Part shown: piece after piece, positions 37,589 to 49,000 of the stretch | How positions within the stretch are numbered: position 1 is the first letter of the stretch | Layout of the letters: the number at the start of each line of letters is the position of its first letter | Assembly: GCA_029717555.1 (NCBI GenBank) | Contig: JAMDHS010000065.1 | Coordinates: forward strand, 1 to 64,000 | Origin: Peribolospora baueri | Taxonomy: Eukaryota | DNA: 64,000 nucleotides | Reading direction: 5' to 3' | Translations under genes and position numbers: made by a program | Notes under the pieces: model-generated | Databases searched by the model: none | The model's input: the letters and a program-made list of their open reading frames with translations, nothing else | What the model was told of the DNA's origin: nothing

Positions 37589-39823
37589 CTACCCCGGCGG
37601 GCTTGGAAGCAAGCCTTTAGTCCTGACGACCCGTCTCAAGCCCTCTCCTTCCGTCTCTCCCTTCCACCCCGCCTCTGAGCGCAGAAACGTCTCCGACCGC
37701 GCTCGGGCCCACCGTGGACTGAGCAAAAAAGGAGAGGCAGAGGCAAAAGACGAGGTGCGTGTTGGAAGTGACTGCGGAAGGAGGATGGAGGGAATCCAAC
37801 GCTCTTGTGCCAGTAGACAAGCCGTTTCCGACTCAGGTTGATAGGGACTAGCGAGCGCGATGTCCATGAGCATCGTGCGTTCGAACCAGCCCGCCGAAGT
37901 CTCCATTCCTTCTTCTCCCTTCGCCTTTCCTATTTCCGCCGTTCGCCCTGGCCCATCCGTCTCAGCCTCCCAATCGTCCACCACTCGCTCCGCCACTTTG
38001 GCCTTTCCCTTCCCGTTCACTTCCTTCCCATTCAGCAGCTCGGACTCCCTCTCCGGCAATACGTCCGGCAGAGGTAAAGTGACGTAGCCCTTCCGTACGG
38101 CATCGAGTACGCCTAGTCGCAGCGTCGGAAGAGCGAGGTGGAGGAGAACGAGCTGTGCCGCCGATGCCACGCCCGTGTTCGCGGCCGTCGACGCCGGCGC
38201 CGAGGCCTTCTTGGGCGTCCCTCGTCCTTCTAGAGAGCTTGCTCCAAGTTTTAATCGTTCGAGTTGATGTGATAAACTTCCTTCTCCTTCTCCGCCCAAT
38301 CTTTCCGTCTCCGATATGGAAAGGGAAAGCGACGGCGATAACAGCCGTCGAAAGGCGACCCAGTTGTTCGTTCGAATGGCGTCGAACGTCCGATCGGCCA
38401 GACGAATATAAGGATGGCCCGCGTCCACTGTACTCGTTCCCATCCCGTCCGTCGGCCGCCTTTTCCCCTCCGCTACCGTACCCTCTCCATCGCCAGAGTG
38501 CCGTGAGAACTCCGCCGAATCGCTCCGACTCCGATGACACCGACGTTCTGTCAACCTGACCCGCAAATCGCGATATCCTTGGATGTCGCGGTAATGGCAG
38601 AGTTGATGCAAGAGATAGAGGGAGACGAAGTGCACCCTCCGATCGTCATCTACCTCCGCCTCCATTTCCTTCGCAGAGACTATTCCATTTTCGCCCGGAA
38701 TTTGGTCGTCGGCGCCAGCTTTGAGGGGCGAGGCGCGGACGAGACGAGGGTAGAGGTCGTGGACGAGGACGGGGAGACAGGAGGAGAGCTGAGCATGGTT
38801 GAGAGCGAGAATAGAAAGAGCCGCGGAAGTTTCGTAGACTGTTCGATAGGCGGGAGAAAGGTAGGGTTTGGAGCCGATTCAACACTTTCCCTCCCAATGC
38901 TGGGGAGAGCCGACCAAGACCTATCGGAGAGGCATCGCTCACCCTCAACCGCAAATCCATCCATCCTCCCAGAGCTGACGCAGCCCTCCCTGAGCTTCCT
39001 CAGCACCAAGAGGATCTGATCAAGCGCTTGGCGCTGCTTCAGAGCAGCTTCGTTCAACACCTTGTACGATTTGCAGGAGAATGTGGAAGAGGAAGGCCTG
39101 GAAGGATCGGGGAAATGGCCGAAAAAGTGGGGTGGGAGTGCGCCGAGGGGATTTGGGTACTGGGAGGCGAAGACGGCCAGCTGCGGGTGGCATCGCATGG
39201 ATCAGATCTCCGGATAAAAAGATCGAAGCTGCGCAAGTATATAAGAATTGGAAAGCGCGAATCGCTCGCTCCACTCACCTTGTTCTGGATGTACTCTCGG
39301 AACTTATCCTGCGTCGCAAAGTCTCGGAGTCTACTCAAACATGAGCGCTGGTGAGGGACCACGATAAACAACTTGAAATCGAACAGGCAATGAAATCCAA
39401 AAAAATCGCTCACCCATCTCCCACGCCATCTAGGCCCCTGCTCGGACTAGCCAACAGCTCCATCTCGTCTAGCTCTCTCATCTTGGCTGCCGCCCTCCGT
39501 CCTTCCGCCAAAAAGGGTGGATCGGGCGCCTGAGACGCAAACGACGCGCCGGCCGCATCGGCACTGTCGAATCGAATGGAAGGAGGGGGGCCGGGGATGT
39601 GTGTAAGCGGAGAAGCATGCCGGCTATCAGAAAGTGGCGGCGCGTCCGCTAACGACGACGAACGGCCAGCGGTGTGCGCAGTCGGTGTCGATGACGGGGA
39701 CGCGGCTGGACGGGGTCGAGTCCTCCACGCTGGCGAGGACGAGGCGGAGGAAGAGGAAGCACGAGCGCTTGCTGCGCCAGCGGGCGCCCAGCGCGAAGAG
39801 AAGGAGGAGCGGTCGTCGGTCAT
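37589..39823 (-). CDS. Conserved fungal helical protein, possibly PCI/SAC3-GANP-like
   Basis: Four exons splice in frame: LRDFATQDKFREYIQNK, ILLVLRKLREGCVSSGRMDGFAVEVYETSA, IRTNNWVAFRRL and LDAVRKGYVTL. Family assignment is from motif resemblance only; start codon uncertain. Confidence 0.6.
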
Positions 39824-40235
39824 CGTCGTCGTCGTCTTCGTCGTCCTCACCGTCGTCGTCCATGAACACGCACCCGATGATCGAGGCATGCGTATGCCGC
39901 AGTCGAGCTGACTATCTCCCCCGATAGTTCGCTGAGCCCATCTTACAAGTGCTTTCTTTCCTATCCTTTCCCTCTCATCTTCGGCGGAGAAGAAGGGTCA
40001 TGTTTTGATCAGCCTATCAGACACCGACCGGTGTGCATCGCTCAGGGCATCAGCGGTTAGCTACGAGGTGCAGCGTGAGACGAGCTAGATTCAGGACTGT
40101 TCGATTGAGTTATCTGTTACTACACCTCGCTAAGGAAATGCAAGACCTCGGCGCATGGCTTGGACTCCCACCCAATGCTGGTGACCGCGCGGGCCGCTCC
40201 AACCAAACCGGACCAACCACCATCGCCTCGGCAGT

Positions 40236-42087
40236 TCACCACCTCGACTCCACCGGCCCTCCTCCCCCTCCATCCAACCCTCTCCTCTCCCTCTCCCAAT
40301 TCCTTTCAAACTCCTCCCTCGCACGTCGTTCATCCGCATCCGTCCCCTTGCCGAACGTCGGGTCTGCTAGTCCAGCCCCTTCTCCAGGACCGGCTGCTGG
40401 ACCGAGCCCGCTAGAGAACCGGGGGTCCGATGCCCCCTCTCCCGGTCGTTGCTGCCCCTGCAGGTGGGGCGGTACGGCGCCCCGACGAAGACTCTCCTCA
40501 TGATGTGCCTTGGCCTCATGTTGCCGGATCATCTCCCATCGACTCGCCTGGGCCGTGCGGTCCCCTCTCAGCTGCGCCCACCTGCTCTGTTGCGGTTGTG
40601 GCTGTTGTTCACCTTCCCCTTGTCGATCCGGCGCCGTACCAACTCCTCTTTCCCCGTTCGCGTTCGCGTTCACGGACACGTCGGACCACCCCCCAGGATC
40701 GGAGGAGGTTCCATATGGGTCCGCTGAAGTGGGGACCGGACTGTCGTTATAGGACGTCGAGGCTGACTGACGGGAAGAGGGAAGGGAGGGATAGGAAGAG
40801 CCGTAGGGAGTTCGACGACCTGGAGATTTGGGGTAGGTGGGCGCGGAGAAAAAAAAAATCCAAGCATGGCTCAGTTGGACAGACGGCCCGGAGGAAAAGA
40901 AGTGGATATCGTTGCCACTCACTCCCTTCCCTTCCATACTGCTTCTGCAGCTCTCGCTCATGATCAAACTGGGAGGCCAACCTGGAGTTCTCGCCGTCCT
41001 CGTCCTCGCGTATCCTCGCCTCGGCCCATCTCCTCCCCTCCTCCAACGGGCCATCCCTCCTCATATTCTCCTCCTCACTCATCCCTGGCAAAGGCCTACC
41101 GGGGCCCGCGCCGGGTCTTCTTGCGTTAGCCTCGTCCACGGCGTCCCTGAGGATGCCGGCGAAATGCCGAGGGTCCTCCACGCGCCGGATAGCGGGGCTG
41201 GAGATGAAGAGTGCAAAGGGCATCGCTATGGCTGAGCCTAAGATGGCGCCAAAGAAGGCGACTCCCACCGTTTTGCCCAAGGTGGGGGAGGTGCTGCGAC
41301 GCTTGTAGATCGTCGCGCTGACGAGACTGCCGAGCACATAGCCGACCTGGTAGGAAAACAGAGGCGAGAGGAAAAAAAAAGAAACGGAGGGTGGAGATGA
41401 GAGGAGAGAAGAACGACGGCGGAACGAAAAAGGTAGACAGACGGACGACCGCTCGCTCACCAACTTGGACCTATCCATGTTCCTCCTGAGATCACTGAGG
41501 GCTTCGACTACGATGCGTTTACGTTGATGCCGCCACGACGTGTCCGAAAGTCAAGTAGGTAGGTGGAATGGAAGCCACGCACGTCAGTTCGACCCGTCTC
41601 CTGCAAACCTGGGCGGCGAGGCGAGCGAGCGCGGCGTGCGTATGGTAGACGTATAGCCGGCGCGGGAGCGCGCCAAATCCAAGCGTCCGTGCACACCTTT
41701 TCCAACCGCTTGGGGACTCACGACTCACTCACCCTCCAGTCTGGTCAGCTCTCCTTCTCTGATCTTCCTCTCCAGCACTTTCCCCGCCGGTCCGACCGCA
41801 GGCACCTTCTCCCGCCCGACATCACCCGAGACGAACGGGGACGCGAACGCATTCCGCAAGGTTTCGCTAGGGTCGAACGACTTTGGGCCCCCGGAGGGGG
41901 AGGAAGAGGGGAAAGATAGAGGAAGGGCGAGGTGCGGGGTTCGATCGGACGTTGGAGGTCGGCGGTGGACGTTGAAAGACGGCGGCGGGTGGAACGAGGG
42001 CGAAGAGAGGAGGAGCGATGCGGCGGAGAGACGGGGGAAGGAGGAGGAGGGATGGTCGGCAAATGCCGCCGACCCGACGATCGTCAT
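40236..42087 (-). CDS. Hypothetical membrane protein (two hydrophobic segments, charged C-terminus)
   Basis: Four exons join via GT-AG introns: ...ELTRLE|VEALSDLRRNMDRSKL|VGYVLGSLVSATIY...VAFFGAILGSAIAMPFALF...SRWAQLR...SRWEMIRQ...EEFERNWERER. Start uncertain. Confidence 0.65.
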
Positions 42088-42417
42088 CTTGGGCTTACAC
42101 CGGGCCGCTCTCTGCAAGACGCAGTCGGTCGTCGTCGTCGTCGTCGTCTCCCGCCGATCAAGAGTCTTTCTTTTGGTCTGCGAACGAGGAAAAAGCCGAG
42201 GCAACGTGGAAGACCATCTTCTTCCCAACGGCCCGGTCGGGTATATGAGACGATCACGGCTGCCGCAGCCGTCGGATACAATACGTCTCGCTCGAGGCGC
42301 GTCGATTCGTCATGTTTCGGATGGGATGTCATTTCATTTTAGTCGACACGACCTACGACCGACGTCCGCCCGCTCCGTCGGTCCTTGGTTGGCTCGCCAG
42401 CCACGAATAAAATACTA

Positions 42418-44670
42418 CTACGTCGAATCACCACCACTGCCGTAGATGGGGATTCCCCAGGCCTGTTTCTCCTCCTCTACCGAGATGGGCACGTCCCACT
42501 CCCTCTTAAGCACCTCGAGCAAGCCATCCAGAGCGCTATCGGCGAACAACGTCGGCTTGCAGTCGTCCGGAAGGGGTTCGCCGCGGTAGACTCCCGTTCG
42601 GACCAGGACCGAACTCCAGCCCTGATTGTTGGGGCCTGAGCATGGAAGGAAGCGGAAAAACGACGAGGGTGGGAAGAAGATCGGGCACTGAGTGAGCTTT
42701 AAAACGCACGGAAAAGAGGGGAGAGGCAGCGGAGACGGTTTGCGGCGCCTCTGGGGTGTTCCCACCTCGAATATCTGCGGCACAGAATGATAGGGAGCGA
42801 ACGAGCGCTTGAGAACGAAGACTGTCCAGGGAACAGACGAGCCAGCTCACAAAGCCGGCGAAGAAAGGACGACGCGTAGAGTCGGTCGCGGACCGCTCAC
42901 CGGAATAGGGATTATCTCCAAACATCCAGCAAGCAGGCTCTGCCCTACCCCTCGACCGGAGCATCGGGTCCACCTCGAGCGCGAGGTCCTCCAACACGCC
43001 TTGGGCCCAGTCGAAGGTGACCTTTGTGGGTTTTCCCCACGAGGTCGACTCCAGCGGACGCCCCGCCACTGCCTGGATTCGGTGTAGAAACGACGAAAGG
43101 GAGAAGGAGCTTTGTCGGTAGACGGATCCATCACACCCAACAGGGATTAGAACGAAAGGCTAACCCTGTACACGTTTTCGAGGGAATGCTTAAACGCTCC
43201 TTGAGCGAGGCGGGGGTAGGGGTAGTCGGTGCCCCATACTGCGCGTAAGGTGAGACAGGGGGGAATCACGAAGGCAACGAGCCATCGATCAGAGAGAGAG
43301 AGAGGGAGAAAACGTCGGCGCGGTGGCCAGGTGCTCACCGAGGTCGGGGTTGGAGAAGTAGACCGGCACCTGCGGGCCCTCGGAGAGGGCTTTGCCGTGC
43401 TTGGAGGTGCCGAGGACGCCGTCCGGGGCGTTGAGTATGTCGTTCATGATCTGTGTGGGTAGCGTGGGGCGAGTGGGAAGAGGAAGCCGGTGCGGAGAGA
43501 CGGGCTCGAGGAGGTGGTTAGCAGTTGGCGTGGAAAGGTAGTAGTGGGAAGAAAGGACGAGGGAGGAAGGGCATATTCTCCCTGCCCCTGCCCACTCGTC
43601 GAACGCGCTCAACTTGGACGTCTCGACCCCAATCGCGCGAGTCATGGAACATCATCATCGCCCGGAAATGCACTTTGGAGAAGTCGACTGGCTGTCGTCA
43701 GGCGTTCAGGACGAGAGCAAAGAGGGCGTTGGTTCGAATGCGAGCGGGACAACTTGAGGCCGAGCTGAGCTCGTCTGCATCTGCGCCTGCGTCTGCGTCT
43801 CTCTCTCTGTCTCTCTCTCTACTCGAGCACCGTATCGGCGTCGCTCGTGACCCACCTTGGCATGCTGCCGCTGTGCGTCGGTGAGCTTCGAGTAAGGCCA
43901 GATGGACTCGTTCCACGCCTTGACGTCGATAGGATGGTGTATCTGCTTGAAGCCGTAGCTGGTGGGGTCAAACAGGCAGGCGAGATAGGGGCGGAAATAA
44001 TTGAAAAAAGATAAATCTAAAAAAATAAAAAATAAAAAAATAAAAAAAATGGAGAGGTGGTATATGTCGCCGACTCCTCACTTGAAAGCGGCATCCTTGG
44101 CCTTGCCGTCCTCTGTGCCTCCGACGAGGAGGACGGGCTGGTCTGCGAGCTGAGGCACGAGCGTCTTGGCGACGGTGTGAGAGAGGATGACTTGCTTAGG
44201 CGTTATCTGGCCGAGGCGGAGAGAGAGAGAGAGCGGACAGAGAGCGGACATGAGCTACGCTGCTTCTCGATCGATCGGCAAGGACCACGATCCGCCCGTG
44301 GTCCTAGTGGTGGTGTCGCGGGGGAAGGGTGGACTGGCCTCGATGCCAAAGTTCCTGCTCAGCTTGCTCGCGTGGTCCTCCTCCTTGATGCCGCCTCCGT
44401 TGGTGATGAAGCAGTATGGGATGCGCTGGCCGCGCGGGTTGTCGCCTTCGAGAATCTGGATCACTCTCGGCGCTATGGGCAATACGTTCTCTCCATGTTT
44501 GAGCACGCCGTCCTGGCGGGGGGGGAGCGAGTGAATAGGAGCGTCGGCCGCACGGATGGATGGATGGACGGTCCTACCACGGGCGAGGACGGCGAGGACA
44601 GACTCACGACATCGAATGCAGCGGCCAGAGGCTTGCCTTCCATGTTCGACGTCTTACTCTCACGCGACAT
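42418..44670 (-). CDS. HAD-superfamily IIA hydrolase (CECR5/HDHD5-like)
   Basis: Motif I AFDVDGVL, motif II FITNGGG, DSRDWGRD, FSNPDLVW, motif III GKP, motif IV MFGDNPYSDIRG...GWSSVLVRTGVY. Confidence 0.92.
44207..44338 (-). other. GC-AG intron (132 nt) in the HAD hydrolase gene
   Basis: Minus strand GGC ATC GAG|gccagt ... ggccag|ATA ACG CCT gives NFGIE-ITPKQVILSHT; the nearby GT is in the wrong phase. Confidence 0.75.
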
Positions 44671-46075
44671 GAGACTGCACCAGAGCTGTTCTGCTGGCTG
44701 TGGATCGGTTGCACTGCCGGCTCGCGGGGTCTTGGGGCCGTTCGGAGCTGTAGCTGTAGAGAGGAGGCGGTCCACGGGAGGCCAGCAAGGATGCGCCGTC
44801 CGTGCTGGTTGTTCTAAGGGCGGTCAGTATTGGTTGCCTTCCCACCGTCTCCTCCGTCCAAACATCCCAAGCCGGCGCAGTCGACGAAGCACGAGTCTGA
44901 CGCGGCTCAAGCGGCGGGCGTTAGTCAGAGACCGTTGGCGACGGTGACCGACGATCATCGCGTGCGCGTGCGCGGTCCAGGAGTTGTCCACGGAGCCTCG
45001 GCGCTCGCCGCTCGCAGTGCAGCGCAGAGCGGAAGGGTCGACGACCTTGCTTGCCCGGTCGTCCGTCCTGTCGAGCGCCCGACACATGACTCGACAGCGC
45101 ATGGGTGCAAGGCAGACTTGCGGGGCGTCTGTCTCCGGTTATCAGATAGCGGGCTGCACGCCGTACCGTGTACGGTGTACGGTGTTCCGACGGAACCACT
45201 CGCCGCCGGACTAAGCTAAGAGGAGTTGGGCCCTCGCACACGACACATAATGCTCTCGCTCTCGTCCTTGCTCTCGTCCTCGTCCCCGGACTGTCGGGGA
45301 CGTCTCCGTCGTACGAGCTGTGACTCGCGTTCACGTGTTCGGTGTTAACGCGAGGGAGGTCTCTCCGCTTTCTTTCCCTCCTCGGAGCAGGGCGAAAGGG
45401 ACCGTTTATATACACGAGACGTAGAGTAAACCAACGGGGTTCAACGAGAGACAGCCGCGGCGAATAGGTAGCCGTCGGGGTTAGGCGGGGATAGCACACA
45501 TGCCCCCAAAGCTGGCGTCACGGCGATCCGATCGGCGAGCGAAGTTGGAGCCGAGCCTCGGACGGACTGTGGGTGTTGGTCAGCTGTTGCCAAGAGCGGG
45601 AGAAGATGAAACTGATGTGACTGTGCTCGGCCGACCGATGGGATGGGCAACGAAGGCCGGCCGGCCGACTCCGGTGACTCGCAAAACGAAACAGGGCGGA
45701 GCGGAAGCGATCGCCTATGGGACATCTTGGTCGTCTTCTTCTCGTCTCCTCCTTCTTACTTCTTCTATCAGCTCTCTCTGTGTCTGTCTCTCGTCTCACC
45801 TGCTTGCTCTTGCCGTCCGGCTCGGACCTCGCTCGCAAAGCCACCGCTGCCTACTTATAAGCCCTTCCATCCTTGGTGGTGGTGCGCCTGGCCCCGCGGA
45901 CGGACAGACAGACAGGCAGACAGACACGCTCGCTTGCACTTACATAGGTGGACCGCGCTCCGAGAGAGAGGCAAACAGATCCTTCTTGCCCGTCTTCAGG
46001 TCCCCTCCGCTCGAACTCGGCTCGGCGATCTCCTCCTTCTCGCCCCTGCCCGCTAGCGCGCCTCGTCGCTTGGTC

Positions 46076-49000
46076 ATGACCGCCGCGACGTCCACGCCCG
46101 GCGCCGCCGATCAGGGCATACCGACGGCCGTGCCGTCATTATCGGGTCTCTCCCCTGAGCGCTTCTCGCTCACCTCCCAGGCACCAACGCCGCCTCGCAC
46201 GGACGCTCTGCTGGCCTCCATCCCCGCTCGTATAGACCTCGTACCCTCGCCTCGACGCCCACCGAGCCGCATCCCCTCATGGCTTTACTTCTTCTCCTTC
46301 GCCACCCCCCTCGACCTCCTCTTATACCTCACCGGCCTCCTCTCCGCCATGGCCGCCGGCCTCGCCTTCCCCGGCCTCGACCTGCTATATGGCTCCTACA
46401 TCAACCACACCACCGGAGACGCCACCTCTTCGGTCAGGCTCCACGAATCGAGATATGTTGCCCTCGTCGTGATGGCCATCGGTTGGTCCGAGTTGATCTT
46501 GACTTGGGTCTTCCTTTCTTGCTGTGAGTGCATGGATGGATGGATGGCTTGAGACGAGCGAGGCATCAAGCTCACCGGAACCCTACCCTTCGTTTTCACA
46601 CCTCGCTCTAGTCACCCTCGCTTCGACTCGCCTCTCCGCCCGCCTCCGCGAGGCCTACCTCTCCTCCGTCCTCTACCAAGACGCGCACTACTTCGACACC
46701 CATGGCGCCGGAGAGGTCGTAACTCGTCTTTCCAAGGACGTCAACGCGGTGCGCGGCGCATGGGGAGAGAAGATGGCATTTTTGATATGGAGCTCCAGTA
46801 CGCTCGTCGCTGGAAGTGAGTGCAGTGCCCCTTTCGGAGGCGGGCGGAAGACGTCATCGGTTATTTCGCCCGCTCACCCGCTCTTTCTTCCCCTCCCGCC
46901 TCCCCTTCGTCTCCCCGCAGTGGTCGTCGCCTTCGTCCGCGGCACCCGTCTCGCCGGCGTCCTCTTCTCCTTACTCCCCTTCACCCTCCTTCTCTTCCTC
47001 CTCTCCGGCATCCCAGACTCCAGGGTCGCAGAGCGTGCCCTGGAGCTCGAAGGTCGTGCCAGCACCTTCCTCGAACAGGTCCTTAGCAGCGTCAGGGTCG
47101 TGCATGCGCTCGGAGCCGAGAACAAGTTGAGGAGCCGGTGGGATCAGACGTATTTGAAGCCGGTGAGCCCTCGGTTTGCCATGGCAGAGAAGGCGCCATC
47201 ATGCGCTTTGTCGACGTCGACGAGAACGCGTCGCTAAGCCCCATTCATTCGCTCCTCTTTTCGTCCCCTTTCACCCCTCTACAGCTCCAACGCGATGGAT
47301 TCCTCAAGGCACTCGTCCGAGGCGTCGAGCTTGGCTCCATCTACTTTGTACTCAACCTCGCCTACGCCGTCGCATACTGGTATGGCAGTGTCCGCGTCGC
47401 CGCCGGCGACCTCACCGTCGGTCAAATGGGCACCACCTTTTTCTCCGTGCTCAACTCTCTCTTTGTAAGTCTCTCAGGGGCCCTCTTCGCTTTTCTTTTT
47501 TTTTTTTTTTTTTTTTTTTGCCACATCGTGATGGACGCTGCGGCCGAATTGCACGTTTACTTCTGCCTCCGTCCCTTGGCGAACGCTCAGTGTATGGCCA
47601 ACGTCGTCCCTCTCGTCCCGGGCATAAGTGAAGGTTTCGCCGCCCAGCATCACCTCAAGAAAGAGATCGAGCGCGTGCCGACGATCGACGTACGCGACTC
47701 GACCGGACTCATGCGCTCCGGTTTGGACGGGACGCTGATGCTCAGGGGCGGCAGCGGTGAGATGGCGGTAGGAGGGGACCTGAAGGGAACTTTTAGGCCC
47801 GCCGATCCGCTCGGACCATCACCATCGGGTGCGTCCGTCGTCCAGCGTCAGAGCCAAGGCAAAGAAGGAGGCGGCGGGGAGGCGGCGTTATGGAAGCCGG
47901 AGATTGAGGTTCGCCATCTCACTTTTAGTTACCCTGGCCGGTCGAACGTCAAGAGCTTGGACGACGTGAGCATGACCATCGAGGCTGGCAAGGTAACCGC
48001 TTTGGTCGGAGGTGAGCGCCGCGGCCGCCTCCTCCATCGCGTATGACACTTTTTTTCCCTTCACTTCGGTGACATGGTCTGACCTGACCGGACGTTCCCC
48101 AACCTCTCCCTCTCCCGACGCGGTATGACCCAGTCTCTGGTTCTGGAAAGAGCACCATCGCAGGTCTCCTTCTCCGGCAATACGATCCTCCAGCGCCGTC
48201 AACGACCGATTCGGACGAGAACTGCATCCTCCTCTCCGGCCGCGACCTGCGCGAGTACAATCTGCAGTGGCTTCGCTCTCAAATCGCAGTCTGCTCCCAG
48301 GATCCTCAGATCTTTACCGCGACCGTCTTTGAAAACGTCGCCGCTGGACTGACCGGAACCGAATGGGAGTACCGACCGGGCCAGGACGACGACGACGGGA
48401 GATCGGAGCGTGTCAGCCAGATCCGCGCACTCGTTCAACGAGCGCTCGTGCAAGCGCAGGCGTGGGACTTTGTCTGCCGTTTGCCAAACGGCATGGACAC
48501 CCAGGTGACGGGTGCCAAGACGGGCGTGCTCAGCGGAGGACAGAGGCAGCGGCTCGCTGTCGCCAGGGCGCTCATTCGACGACCCGACATCCTCGTCTTG
48601 GACGAGGCTACGAGCGCGCTCGATAGCGCTACGGAGAAGAGACTTCAGGAGGCTTTGGAGGAGGAACAGAGGCAGAGGGCGATGACAACCATGTGGGTGC
48701 CGACTTTCTTCTTCTTCTTCGTCTTCTTGCCTATTCCCGTGTTGGATGAGTCTGTGGAGCTCAACTGGAGCGGCGTAATTTTTTTCTTTCTTTCTTTTCG
48801 TTGTCGCAGCATCATCGCCCACCGTCTATCCACCATCGCTCATGCACACAAGATCTATGTCATGAACCAGGGGCACGTCATCGAAGAGGGGACCTGGAAG
48901 ACGCTCTCAGACGAAAAGGGCGCCTTTTGGGGCCTCCTCTCCAAGCAGCAGTCTTTACAAGACGACTCCCAAGACCGCCGGGCGGACGAGGCGAAGCGGA

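Noticed and set aside
5..47519. Long homopolymers (A-run at 5-30, A-rich run at ~44020-44050, T-run at ~47496-47519)
   Set aside because: They lie in a 3' flank or in introns with no retroelement body or target duplication; ordinary low-complexity tracts.
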